Origin: Myxococcota bacterium
Lineage (GTDB): Bacteria; Myxococcota; UBA4151
DNA: 38,610 nucleotides
Direction: 5' to 3'
Assembly: GCA_040260805.1 (NCBI GenBank)
Contig: JBDQPD010000025.1
Location: forward strand, 1-38,610
Part shown: one piece after another, positions 27,374 to 36,919 of the stretch
Layout of the letters: every line of letters begins with the position of its first letter
Numbering within the stretch: position 1 is the first letter of the stretch
Program-made: the position numbers and the translations under genes
Notes under the pieces: model-generated
The model's input: only the letters and a program-made list of their open reading frames with translations
What the model was told of the DNA's origin: nothing
The model's database searches: none

Positions 27374-28228
27374 ATGAGTATCGACAAAGTGACCGTACTG
27401 GGTGCGGGCACCATGGGGCATGGCATTGCGATCAATGCAGCTACCGCAGGCTACACAGTGGTTCTTCATGACATCAACCAAGAGGCAATCGATTCAGGTC
27501 TTGGGCGCGCAAAAGCCTTCCTCAACAAAGGCGTCGAGCGCGGTAAAACCACAAAAAAAGAACGAGATAACGCGTTAGACCACCTCTCCGGAGAGGCTGA
27601 CTTTAGCGCGGCCGTGGCTCAGGCAGATCTGGTGATTGAAGCCGCTCCAGAGTCGCTGGATTTGAAACGTAAAATCTTTGGCGAGCTGGGCACATACTGC
27701 CAGCCCCACGCCATCCTGGCGTCGAATACCAGCTCGTGTTCGGTGACCGAGATGGCCATTGCGAGTGGCCGCCCCGAGCAGGTCATCGGCGCCCATTTCT
27801 TTAACCCGGTTCCGATCATGAAGCTGCTCGAAGTCATCATCACCGACCACACCTCTGAACAAACCCGAAGCGACTTACTCGCTTTTGGAGAGCGCCTAGG
27901 AAAGACCACTGCGGTCATTAAAGACTCGCCAGGGTTTGCGACGTCTCGCTTGGGTATAGCGATCGCTTTAGAGGCGATTCGGATGGTCGAACAAGAGGTC
28001 GCTGAGCCTGGCGATATCGACACTTGCATGGAGCTTGGATACCGCTTCCCTATGGGGCCTTTGCGCCTGACCGACCTGGTCGGCTTGGACGTGCGCCTTG
28101 GCATCGCCGACAGCATCTTTGCGGCAACTCAATCCCCTGTGTTCAAAGCGCCTGAGCTGCTTCGCTCGATGGTCAAAGCCGGTCAACTAGGCCGCAAATC
28201 CGGCGCAGGATTCTACGAATACAACTAA
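27374..28228 (+). CDS. 3-hydroxyacyl-CoA (3-hydroxybutyryl-CoA-type) dehydrogenase
   Basis: GAGTMGHGIA, EAAPESLDLK, SNTSS, HFFNPVP, PMGPLRLTDLVGLD, LGRKSGAGFY. Confidence 0.93.
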   Translation: MSIDKVTVLGAGTMGHGIAINAATAGYTVVLHDINQEAIDSGLGRAKAFLNKGVERGKTTKKERDNALDHLSGEADFSAAVAQADLVIEAAPESLDLKRKIFGELGTYCQPHAILASNTSSCSVTEMAIASGRPEQVIGAHFFNPVPIMKLLEVIITDHTSEQTRSDLLAFGERLGKTTAVIKDSPGFATSRLGIAIALEAIRMVEQEVAEPGDIDTCMELGYRFPMGPLRLTDLVGLDVRLGIADSIFAATQSPVFKAPELLRSMVKAGQLGRKSGAGFYEYN

Positions 28229-28291
28229 GTCCAACGTTGCGCCGCCAGCGCCCGCATGCGAGCACCGCCCTACGGCTAAGGAGATAAGCCC

Positions 28292-29749
28292 ATGAGCTTT
28301 CCAGAACATCTGATCATCGGTGGCGAAAAGGTCAAACCCGCAAGCGGTGCCACCTTTCAAAGCGTTAACCCGGCAGATGAGTCGGTGATCTGCGAGGTAC
28401 CTGAGGCAGGCCCCGCCGAAGTCGACCAAGCGATCGATTCAGCGCGTGAAGCGTTTGATGACGGTCGATGGAGTGATCTGCCGCCGGCTAAACGAGGCCG
28501 AGTCCTTCGTAAACTGGCTGGACTGGTACGAACTCACAACGCCGAGCTCGCTCGCCTCGAGACGCTCGATGTCGGCAAGACGGCTTATGCCGCCGCTACA
28601 CGCGAGATCCCAACGGTCGCTAATCTGCTCGATTACTACGCTGGCGTCACGGACAAGCTCCCGGGGGATACCCTCCCGAGTGAGGCGGGTGTTTTGCGCA
28701 TGACCTTACGCCAGCCTGTCGGGGTTGTCGGCGCGATCACGCCCTGGAACTTTCCCTTGCTCCTCGCCACGTGGAAGTTTGCTCCGGCCTTAGCGATGGG
28801 CAACACGCTGGTGCACAAACCCGCTAAAGTCTCCAGCCTATCCGCGATGCGCTTTGGCGAACTAGCACTCGAGGCCGGTGTTCCTGCTGGGGTGCTCAAT
28901 ATTGTCCCCGGCGCCGGCTCGGTGGTCGGCGACCGCATCGTCACCCACGAAGCGGTGAATAAGATCAGCTTCACCGGCTCAACCGGCGTCGGTATTGGCA
29001 TTCAAAAGCAAGCCGCAGACACCCTCAAGCGGGTAACGCTCGAGCTGGGTGGAAAGTCACCCAACATCATCTTTGAAGATGCCGACCTCAAAGCAGCTGT
29101 GCGCGGTGCCATGACCGGCATCTTTTACAATAAAGGCGAAGTCTGTGCGGCAGGAAGTCGCTTATTGGTTCAGCGCTCGATCTATAAAGAGGTCTGCGCA
29201 GCGGTCGCCGAACAAGCGGCTAAGTTTGTACCCTCCGCTCCTGTTCCCGGTGACGCTCGCTCTGCTCGTATGGGACCCGTTGCCTCAAAGGCGCAGTTCG
29301 ATTCAGTCCTCAACCTGATCCAGGTCGGCAAAGATGAAGGCGCAAACTGCCTGACCGGCGGCGGCGCACACGACAACGGAACGGGCAAAGGGTACTTCAT
29401 CCAACCGACCGTCTTTAACGAGGTCGATAACGCCATGCGCATCGCCCAAGAAGAGATCTTCGGGCCAGTTCTGTGCATTATTCCTTTTGATGACGAAGAC
29501 GAAGCCATCGCGATTGCAAACGACAGCGCCTACGGGCTCGCAGCGGCTGTATGGACCCAAGATGTAGGCCGAGCCCTGCGCGTCGTGCGCAAGGTCGACG
29601 CAGGCACCGTCTGGGTTAATGCCTACAACCTTTATGATCCTTCGCTCCCCTTTGGTGGATTCAAAGCGAGCGGTTATGGTCGTGATTTAGGCGAAGCCGC
29701 ATTAGCCTCCTACACCGAGACCAAATCGGTTTGGATCAATCTAGGTTAA
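28292..29749 (+). CDS. Aldehyde dehydrogenase family protein
   Basis: ITPWNFP, FTGST, LELGGKSP, catalytic GEVCAAG, EEIFGPV, PFGGFKASG. AAGGAG RBS. Confidence 0.95.
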   Translation: MSFPEHLIIGGEKVKPASGATFQSVNPADESVICEVPEAGPAEVDQAIDSAREAFDDGRWSDLPPAKRGRVLRKLAGLVRTHNAELARLETLDVGKTAYAAATREIPTVANLLDYYAGVTDKLPGDTLPSEAGVLRMTLRQPVGVVGAITPWNFPLLLATWKFAPALAMGNTLVHKPAKVSSLSAMRFGELALEAGVPAGVLNIVPGAGSVVGDRIVTHEAVNKISFTGSTGVGIGIQKQAADTLKRVTLELGGKSPNIIFEDADLKAAVRGAMTGIFYNKGEVCAAGSRLLVQRSIYKEVCAAVAEQAAKFVPSAPVPGDARSARMGPVASKAQFDSVLNLIQVGKDEGANCLTGGGAHDNGTGKGYFIQPTVFNEVDNAMRIAQEEIFGPVLCIIPFDDEDEAIAIANDSAYGLAAAVWTQDVGRALRVVRKVDAGTVWVNAYNLYDPSLPFGGFKASGYGRDLGEAALASYTETKSVWINLG

Positions 29750-29753
29750 GCGC

Positions 29754-30383
29754 ATGGATGAACTCAATAAGGGCATGGCTGCGCTTCGCAGCGGCGATTT
29801 AGAAGAAGCCAGAACCTTGCTCGCTCAAGCGGTGTCCCAGGCGCCTTTGAACGCTGACGCCTATGAGGGGTTGGCGGATGCGCTCGAACAACAAGGGCGT
29901 ATCGAGATTGCGCGCGACCTATGCGAAACGGCATTGATTCAGATCCCTGAATCTATATTCCTTCATCGCAAAGCCGTTTCGCTGAACATAACACTCGAAG
30001 ACCTCGAAAGCGCAGAGCGCGCCGCAGAGCGCTTCGTCCTCGCTTTTGATGACGACGGTGACGCCTGGCTTGCGCTTGGCGACGTCCTCGCCAAGGCAGG
30101 GAAAACAGATCGAGCCTTGCGCAGTTATCAACACGCCCAAGAGCGCTCCGAGGACGATTGGCGCCCTTGGCATCGCATGGGCTTGATTCACGAAAAAAAG
30201 GATGACGCCCGGAGCGCTTGTGTTGCGTTTCGTAACGCCGCTCGATTAGCACCAGAGAATCATCGCCCGATGCGAGCGCTGGCGCGTGTGCTCAAGCGGC
30301 AGGACAAAAATGACGAGGCTCAAGAAGCCTTTGATCAAGCCCAAAGGCTGGCTCAAGCCGAAGAACATCAAAATCGTCACTAG
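29754..30383 (+). CDS. Tetratricopeptide repeat protein
   Basis: Repeated helical A/G/L TPR patterns (AYEGLADAL, AWLALGDVL, PWHRMGLIH, PMRALARVL). Confidence 0.82.
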   Translation: MDELNKGMAALRSGDLEEARTLLAQAVSQAPLNADAYEGLADALEQQGRIEIARDLCETALIQIPESIFLHRKAVSLNITLEDLESAERAAERFVLAFDDDGDAWLALGDVLAKAGKTDRALRSYQHAQERSEDDWRPWHRMGLIHEKKDDARSACVAFRNAARLAPENHRPMRALARVLKRQDKNDEAQEAFDQAQRLAQAEEHQNRH

Positions 30384-30433
30384 ACCACAAATACAGGGTT
30401 GATGACGTAGTCGAGCAACCCTACGAGAAGCGC

Positions 30434-31381
30434 ATGAAAGTCATCGAGCACCTCAACCGTTCCAAAGAACCATTGATCAGCTTTGAGATCATTCCCCCTC
30501 GTCGCGGGGGAAGTCTTGAGTCGCTCATGCAGCTGGTCTCAGAGCTTGCCGTGCACAAGCCTCCCTTCATCGACATCACAAGCCATCCCGCGGTGATCTC
30601 TTATGAGGATGGACCCAAAGGCTTAAAGCGGGTGGTTAAAAGAAAGCGCCCTGGAACCTTGGGGCTTTGCGCTTTGGTGCAGCACAAGTTTGGAATCGAC
30701 GCGGTGCCGCATGTGATCTGCAGGGGCTTCAGCAAAGAAGAAACCGAAGATTTCCTCATCGAGCTGCATTACCTCGGGATCGACAACGTGCTCGCCATTC
30801 GCGGCGACGACAACGGCTACGACAAACCCCTCGTCGAAGGCCGCACGAACAATCCCTTTGCGCTGGATTTAGTCGAGCAAATCCACGGGATGAACAAAGG
30901 GCACTATCTCGACCAAATTCAGGCCTCAGATCCGACCTCGTTTTGCGTCGGCGTTGCCGGTTACCCTGAAAAGCATTTTGAAGCCCCAAACAGGATCGCT
31001 GACCTCAAGCACCTCAAAGCCAAAGTCGATGCCGGTGCTGAATACATCGTGACGCAGATGTTCTTCAACAACGCCCACTACTTTCGCTACGTTGACGAAT
31101 GCCGGGCAGCAGGGATCACCGTGCCGATTATTCCGGGGCTCAAAATTCTGGCGAGCCAACGACAACTCTCTGCGCTGCCGAAGAACTTTTGGTGTGAAAT
31201 CCCTGAAGAGTTGGCGGAAAAAGCGAGAAATGCAGACCCCAAAGAGGTCGTAGAAATAGGGATTGATTGGGCGGTCAAACAGAGCAAAGAGTTGCTCAAA
31301 GAGGGCGTCTCATCCTTGCATTACTACGTCATGCAAAACACCCGCTCGGTCAACGAGGTGCTTCGCCGACTCAACGCTTAG
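30434..31381 (+). CDS. metF: Methylenetetrahydrofolate reductase
   Basis: SFEIIPP, VPHVICRG, LAIRGD, VAGYPEKH, KVDAGAEYIVTQMFF, PIIPGL, LHYYVM. Confidence 0.93.
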   Translation: MKVIEHLNRSKEPLISFEIIPPRRGGSLESLMQLVSELAVHKPPFIDITSHPAVISYEDGPKGLKRVVKRKRPGTLGLCALVQHKFGIDAVPHVICRGFSKEETEDFLIELHYLGIDNVLAIRGDDNGYDKPLVEGRTNNPFALDLVEQIHGMNKGHYLDQIQASDPTSFCVGVAGYPEKHFEAPNRIADLKHLKAKVDAGAEYIVTQMFFNNAHYFRYVDECRAAGITVPIIPGLKILASQRQLSALPKNFWCEIPEELAEKARNADPKEVVEIGIDWAVKQSKELLKEGVSSLHYYVMQNTRSVNEVLRRLNA

Positions 31382-31686
31382 TGCCCGCCCCCGCAAGGAG
31401 GCGCTTTGAGGGTGACGTCGCCGTCGGCGGCGTCGTATTCGGCTGGCGTCAGGCATTTCATCTGCAAGGCGTGCACCGAGCCCGCTAGCTCATCCGCAAG
31501 ACAGCCATAAACCAAGCGCTGTCGCGCCACTAAGCTGCAGCCATCAAAGGCCTGAGCCACAATAATGATCCGAAAGTGACTCTCGGTCGCCGGTCCGGCA
31601 TGCCGGGATGAGTCGTTATCAATACGCAACCGCTCCGGCGACAACTCACCGGTCAATTTGGTCTCAATCGTTGCCGCCATACTCAT
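31378..31686 (-). CDS. bolA: BolA family protein
   Basis: NDSSRHAG, ESHFRIIIV...F.G.SLVARQRLVY, VHALQ. ATGA-coupled to uvrD. Confidence 0.9.
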   Translation of the reverse strand: MSMAATIETKLTGELSPERLRIDNDSSRHAGPATESHFRIIIVAQAFDGCSLVARQRLVYGCLADELAGSVHALQMKCLTPAEYDAADGDVTLKAPPCGGGH

Positions 31687-33809
31687 GGGAACTCCATCGG
31701 ATCATCGGGAACTAAAAACGAGGCGATAATGGTGCGAACGCTGCCATCTCCAAAGCGCACATCCACCTTGGTACTGGATCCTGAACCGCGCAAGGACTGG
31801 ATCACGCCGCGCCCGAAGCGCTCGTGTTGAACGGGGTCGCCCGGAACAAAAACGCCGCCTTCTTGATCGCCATAATCGGCCTGAGCTAGCTCATCGTATC
31901 CTGCAACCGGCGCCGCACGGTTCTGACGCTGAGGCAGGGGGTTTGCCACGCGACCATCGAGCGGGCTGTGGGCGTATCCGCGCACGCCGTCGCCGGCAAT
32001 TTCGGTGATAAACCGGCTCGGTCTTCCGGGCAGTGTCCGCCCGTGGTGCATCCGGGATCGAGCCCAGGTGATCAGCGCGTGGTCACGAGCCCTAGTCAAT
32101 GCAACGTACGCCAATCGGCGCTCTTCTTCGAGCTGGTCAAAGCGTCCGCCTTCAGGGTCCGGCATCGGGAACAAACCCTCCTCCCAGCCCGGCAGGCACA
32201 GAGCATTAAACTCCAGCCCTTTCGAGGCGTGGATGGTCATCAAGCGGACGCCCTCGCCACGCCCCAAATCAGCTCCACCAGCAAGACTCCAAGCCTCTAA
32301 GAACTCCGCCAAGCTACCCTCGGGACCGGCTAAGGTTTGAGCGCTGTCCATCAAACTCAACAGGTTCGACTCGCGATCATCGGCTCGCTCAGGGTCTCGG
32401 TTGCAAGCCCACTCCAGATAGCCTCCATCGTAAATCACCCGCTCAAGCGCCTCACTCACGCTCCCTGGTGTGGGATCTAAAGTATCGAGCAAACGCTCGA
32501 TACCGGCGTTGATACGCTGGCTAAACTCACCGCGATGACTGCGCACAAAGGGTAAGAGCGCACGCCCAGCCGCCGCCGCTTTGATCTTATCGATCGCTAC
32601 TTTGCCCAAGCCGCGAGTCGGTCGGTTGATAATGCGCAATAGATCCAGATCCGAATCAGGTTGTACCCACAGCCTCAAAAACGAGGTCACATCGCGCACC
32701 TCACGCGTCTCAAAAAGGGCTCTGCCGCCGACCAATCGATACGGTATTCGCGCCGCAGCCAGACCGATCTCAACGCTTCGAAGCTGCGCATTGGTCCGCG
32801 CTAAAACAGCCAACTCACTGGCTGGAAGGTCAGCATCGAGCCAGGACTTAAGTTGGCGCACCACCTGACGCTGTTCATCGCGGTCATCCGCAACCGCCAT
32901 CACCTCGAGCGATTCGCCCGTCCCGCGGCTGCCCACCAACTCTTTACCCAGACGATCGCGATTCTTTGAGATCAAGCGATTGGCGGCATCAAGGATCGTC
33001 TGGACCGAACGATAATTGCGCGCCAGCGTCACACGACTTGCGCCCTCATAGACCCGCTCAAACTGCAACATACCGGTCACATCTGCGCCGCGCCAGCCGT
33101 AGATACTCTGATCGTCATCACCCACCGCGACGATCCGAGCGCCATGGCTAGCTAAGCCCTCCAAAAGGCGATGCTGCAGACGATCAGTGTCTTGAAATTC
33201 ATCGACCATCACCTCATCAAAATGAGGCAAGTGATCACCCTGAGCCAGCTCCACAAAGCCCTCAATCAAGCCCTGAAAGTCGACCGCGCTGGCGCGCTTG
33301 AGCGCCGCTCGATACTCCGGCAGCCGCGCCTTGGCGAGTTGACCGGCGCTATCCCAGGTAGGGATCGCAACTTGAGGGTTCAAGCGCAGTCGATCCATCG
33401 ACTTGATCAACGCGCCGGGGGTGACCTGATCAGCGCTCGATAACAAACCCGACACGATGCTGCGCTGGTCCGCTTCGTCGTAGATCAAAAAGTCGCTAGG
33501 CCAATCAATGCGCTCACCGAACTGACGCAGAAATCGAACCGCAACGCCATGAAAGGTGCCGCACACGACCCGCTGAGCGCGCGTCCCCACTAAAGCTTGT
33601 AGACGCGCCTTGAGTTCGGCGGCGGCCTTGTTGGTAAAAGTGATCGCTAAGAGGCGTTGCGGTGCTTGTCCCTGGTCGAGCAAGCTCGCCAAACGATGCA
33701 CCAAGGTGCGGGTTTTACCGGTCCCCGCACCCGCTAGAATCAAGAGATGACCGGCGCGGTGCTCTGCGGCGGCGCGTTGTTCTGGGTTGAGGCCGTCGAG
33801 AAAGCTCAT
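31683..33809 (-). CDS. uvrD: UvrD/PcrA superfamily 1 DNA helicase
   Basis: AGAGTGKT, TFTNKAA, VDEFQD, GDDDQSIYGWRGA, NYRS, MTIHASKGLEF, EEERRLAYVALTRA, and a C-terminal Tudor-like HERFGRG. Confidence 0.93.
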   Translation of the reverse strand: MSFLDGLNPEQRAAAEHRAGHLLILAGAGTGKTRTLVHRLASLLDQGQAPQRLLAITFTNKAAAELKARLQALVGTRAQRVVCGTFHGVAVRFLRQFGERIDWPSDFLIYDEADQRSIVSGLLSSADQVTPGALIKSMDRLRLNPQVAIPTWDSAGQLAKARLPEYRAALKRASAVDFQGLIEGFVELAQGDHLPHFDEVMVDEFQDTDRLQHRLLEGLASHGARIVAVGDDDQSIYGWRGADVTGMLQFERVYEGASRVTLARNYRSVQTILDAANRLISKNRDRLGKELVGSRGTGESLEVMAVADDRDEQRQVVRQLKSWLDADLPASELAVLARTNAQLRSVEIGLAAARIPYRLVGGRALFETREVRDVTSFLRLWVQPDSDLDLLRIINRPTRGLGKVAIDKIKAAAAGRALLPFVRSHRGEFSQRINAGIERLLDTLDPTPGSVSEALERVIYDGGYLEWACNRDPERADDRESNLLSLMDSAQTLAGPEGSLAEFLEAWSLAGGADLGRGEGVRLMTIHASKGLEFNALCLPGWEEGLFPMPDPEGGRFDQLEEERRLAYVALTRARDHALITWARSRMHHGRTLPGRPSRFITEIAGDGVRGYAHSPLDGRVANPLPQRQNRAAPVAGYDELAQADYGDQEGGVFVPGDPVQHERFGRGVIQSLRGSGSSTKVDVRFGDGSVRTIIASFLVPDDPMEFP

Positions 33810-33896
33810 GCTCGCTTCTTCTCGGTTTTTCAGCGCAGACTCAAGCCCTCGATGATGAAGAACCGCTCCGAGACAAAGACCTTAGAAAAACGAGGC

Positions 33897-35828
33897 TCAG
33901 CGCCAATAGACGAGCCAACTCACCATCCGGATTCGTCCCCCCGTACCGGGCTGGCCTCGAACATCAGACCAATAGCGAAGGGAGCGAGTGCTTCCTGGCG
34001 TGAGCTCGTCCGTCAAATCAATACGCCACGGTCTAACCTCTTGCCCTGGGCACCAGCCAGCCCGACCAAACGGCCAGGTCCCAAACTGATTGGGGACGAC
34101 CCCCTCATTGATCGCCATCTGACATCCACGCCGGACATCGGCGACGCTGTGATCTTTCTCGTGAACAGGGCCTTCACCGACCTGAATTCGATGATTGTGC
34201 GCACAAAACTCTGAGCAATTCATCGCGCCCGACATGCCGTGACCGGTGATGTGCGCAACAAACTCAACTCGTCTCACATCCTCTGGAATCGTGACCTCTT
34301 TGAGCTCTTGGGCGTCGTTGTAGCCTTCGCCATAGCCACCGCCAGTCCACATCGGATAGACCGCATCAGGTCGACCAAAATCAGGGGTCGTTGAGCTCAA
34401 ACGCAGCTTGATGGTCAGCAGATATTGCTTCCCGTTCGTGCCGACCTGAAAGCGCATCCGGCGCTTACCCCCTGATTTAAAATGAGCGAGCATCGGCGTG
34501 ATGTCGTGAACCCAGCGCCCGGGGCGTTTGTAGGTGGTGATCCAATACGCAAACTCAACCTTATCGGGGCAGTAACCCACCCGGCCTGACTCCTCGAGCT
34601 CGCAGTACTCAGTGCAGCCGTCGCCAGCGACCGTGTTGCCGTCGTCGCAGGCTTCGCCCCCTTCTTCGTCAAGCACCCCGTCGCCGCACCCTGCTCGCGG
34701 CGTCGTGCCGCATAGATAAAGAGGCGCCGAATAATCCCATGGGTTGCAGTTCTCGTGCGTGTGGTCAGGGCAATCCATGAGCATGTCGATGGCCATGGTA
34801 TCAAAGCCCTCGAGCGCCTCGGTGCTGGGTAGATCGACCTCAAAGGTGGTGCCGCCGCCACCATGCACGAGACCTTCGGTGAGCAACACCTCAGTGATCC
34901 CCTCCTCGGCGCTCAAACGCTGATGCCGGTCAAACTCAAAATTGTACCCCTTGGCTTCTTCAGCGATCCAGCGAATGTCCGGGTTGGAGTCTTGCATCGT
35001 GGGGTCGCGCAGCAAGCCGTGCTCTCGCAGCCGCTGAAGGCGATCGATCGAGAAGGTAAAATTAAGGAACGAGCGCGGCTCTCGGCGCGCCAGATCACCA
35101 ACCGATCCAGCCAAGGCTTGAACCGGCTCCATGATGTAGTGGATCCTGCCCTCCCATTCGCTGCGCTGAGCCGGGCTCAAGCGCTCAAGAACGGCGTCAA
35201 CGACCCCTTGGATTTGCCGAACCGAGTCCTGCGCTTGTTGGGTGGCCGCAGCGAACGCGCCAAAGAACAGATGACTGTTGGTGGGGAGCTCAACCAGCAA
35301 AGAGCGCATGTCGCTGTTGATCAAGGCGCTGGTGTACTCCACGCCGCCATCACGAAAGACAAAGTGATAGCTGTCGCACCCCGTATAGGCCTCGCTGAAC
35401 GTCCACTGACGGCCGCCATTGAGCGGCAAGGTGAAGTCACCAACGAGGTCGGTGACGAGCGCCGGAGAGCCTGCGCTTGCGTCAAAGACCGCATCGCCGC
35501 ACTGAACCTTATCGCAGTCATCGCAAGCGTCGTTGGGCTCGTAATTACCGTCATCACACGCCTCATCCCCCGCAGCGATGCCGTCACCGCAGCGAGGCTG
35601 GCAGCTGTAACAGCCCTCAGCTTCAGAGCCTTCGCACAGCTCACCTTCTTGCACGACCCCATCGCCGCAGCGCGCAGCCACGCAGGCTGAGCTGCAGGCG
35701 TCGGTATCGACGGCGTTGCCGTCGTCACAGGCTTCGCCTGCTTCGACCGAGCCATTACCACAGACCGGATTGGTCGGCGTTTCAGTGCAAGCACCCGAAG
35801 CGAGAAGGATCATAATTAGATAGCGCAT
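33897..35828 (-). CDS. Peptide-N-glycosidase F-like lipoprotein with Cys-rich repeats
   Basis: Lipobox SGAC, CGDG repeats, and PNGase F-type segments CNPWDY, WITTY..PGRW..DITP, ITGHG, CSEFC, GTWPFGRAGWCPG. Confidence 0.8.
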   Translation of the reverse strand: MRYLIMILLASGACTETPTNPVCGNGSVEAGEACDDGNAVDTDACSSACVAARCGDGVVQEGELCEGSEAEGCYSCQPRCGDGIAAGDEACDDGNYEPNDACDDCDKVQCGDAVFDASAGSPALVTDLVGDFTLPLNGGRQWTFSEAYTGCDSYHFVFRDGGVEYTSALINSDMRSLLVELPTNSHLFFGAFAAATQQAQDSVRQIQGVVDAVLERLSPAQRSEWEGRIHYIMEPVQALAGSVGDLARREPRSFLNFTFSIDRLQRLREHGLLRDPTMQDSNPDIRWIAEEAKGYNFEFDRHQRLSAEEGITEVLLTEGLVHGGGGTTFEVDLPSTEALEGFDTMAIDMLMDCPDHTHENCNPWDYSAPLYLCGTTPRAGCGDGVLDEEGGEACDDGNTVAGDGCTEYCELEESGRVGYCPDKVEFAYWITTYKRPGRWVHDITPMLAHFKSGGKRRMRFQVGTNGKQYLLTIKLRLSSTTPDFGRPDAVYPMWTGGGYGEGYNDAQELKEVTIPEDVRRVEFVAHITGHGMSGAMNCSEFCAHNHRIQVGEGPVHEKDHSVADVRRGCQMAINEGVVPNQFGTWPFGRAGWCPGQEVRPWRIDLTDELTPGSTRSLRYWSDVRGQPGTGGRIRMVSWLVYWR

Positions 35829-35876
35829 AGCGGCACTCTGCCGCCCGAGGGCTCAGCGGTCAAAACCCGAACTATT

Positions 35877-36797
35877 TTATGGCTTAGGAAAGCGCGGCGT
35901 GTAGCTGTGGCAATACGGCGCTTTGCCCGTTCGTTGGTAATAATCCTGATGGTAATCTTCAGCTGGCCAAAAGGCTTCGGCAGGCTCAACCTGTGTCGCC
36001 ACCTTCAAGCCGGTCTTCTTCAGCTGTTCAATCAAACCATAGACCGTCTTTTCTTGCTCAGAGTCGGTGACAAACACGGCGGAGCGATAATGGGTCCCGA
36101 TGTCGGGGCCTTGCCGGTTCACCTGGGTGGGGTCGTGGATCTCGAAGAACTGCCGGGCCAGACGCTCGTAGCTGATCTTTTCGGGGTCAAAGAGGACGCG
36201 AACGGTCTCGGCATGACCCGTTCGACCGCTGATCACTTGGCGATAGCTTGGGTTGTCGGAGCGCCCGCCCATATAGCCAGACTGGACACTGAGCACACCG
36301 GGCATCGACTCAAGCAGATGCTCAACGCCCCAAAAACAGCCCCCGGCGAAGAACGCCTCACGCGATTTTTTCTCGCTAAACCCCAAGGCTACCGAATTGA
36401 CGCAGTGGCGTGTGTCTTTACCGGTCATGCCCTCGCCGCGAAACACGTGGCCTAGGTGCCCATCGCAGCGCGCACAGCGGATCTCGACGCGCAGCCCGTC
36501 AGCGACCTCTTTAACCGCGCCCGGGAGCGCCTGGTCAAAGCTCGGCCAACCGGTCCCCGACTTGAACTTAGCGTCTGATGGAAAAAGCGGCGTGTCGCAG
36601 CGAGCGCAGGTGTAGGTGCCCTCTTCTTTGTGGCTCAAAAATTTACCCGTGAACGCCCGCTCGGTGCCACCTTTCGCGACCACCTTTTGAGCTTCTGGGC
36701 TTAGGGTGTTCCACCCCTCTCGCGCCGTCTCTCCAGCCTCGAGGCGCCCCGAACACGCTAACCCCAACAAGAGACAACCTAAGATCGTGGCACGCAT
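35877..36797 (-). CDS. msrAB: Bifunctional methionine sulfoxide reductase MsrB-MsrA, with lipoprotein-like signal
   Basis: MsrB motifs GTERAF, CxxC, GWPSF, HLGHVF, RHCVNS; MsrA motifs GGCFWG, GHAE, HDPT, AEDYHQDY. GAGGAG precedes ATG 36797. Confidence 0.93.
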   Translation of the reverse strand: MRATILGCLLLGLACSGRLEAGETAREGWNTLSPEAQKVVAKGGTERAFTGKFLSHKEEGTYTCARCDTPLFPSDAKFKSGTGWPSFDQALPGAVKEVADGLRVEIRCARCDGHLGHVFRGEGMTGKDTRHCVNSVALGFSEKKSREAFFAGGCFWGVEHLLESMPGVLSVQSGYMGGRSDNPSYRQVISGRTGHAETVRVLFDPEKISYERLARQFFEIHDPTQVNRQGPDIGTHYRSAVFVTDSEQEKTVYGLIEQLKKTGLKVATQVEPAEAFWPAEDYHQDYYQRTGKAPYCHSYTPRFPKP

Positions 36798-36919
36798 GAG
36801 CACTCCTCACTTAAGAAACCGGTCAAAGCAGCAGACGATTCCCACAACGATAATGGCCCAGCCTAAGCACTTGTAAAGCGCAACGCTTTGACCTCACTGA
36901 TGACCGGCTAGGGGGATCG

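Noticed and set aside
31683..33809. Helicase as part of an anti-phage defence system
   Set aside because: It is a canonical housekeeping UvrD/PcrA with a C-terminal Tudor-like domain, coupled to bolA, with no nuclease or ATPase partner.
34863..35690. 275-aa + strand ORF (also 13891..14601, 10349..10975 and similar)
   Set aside because: These are antisense shadows of well-supported genes, expected at this GC content, with no motifs.
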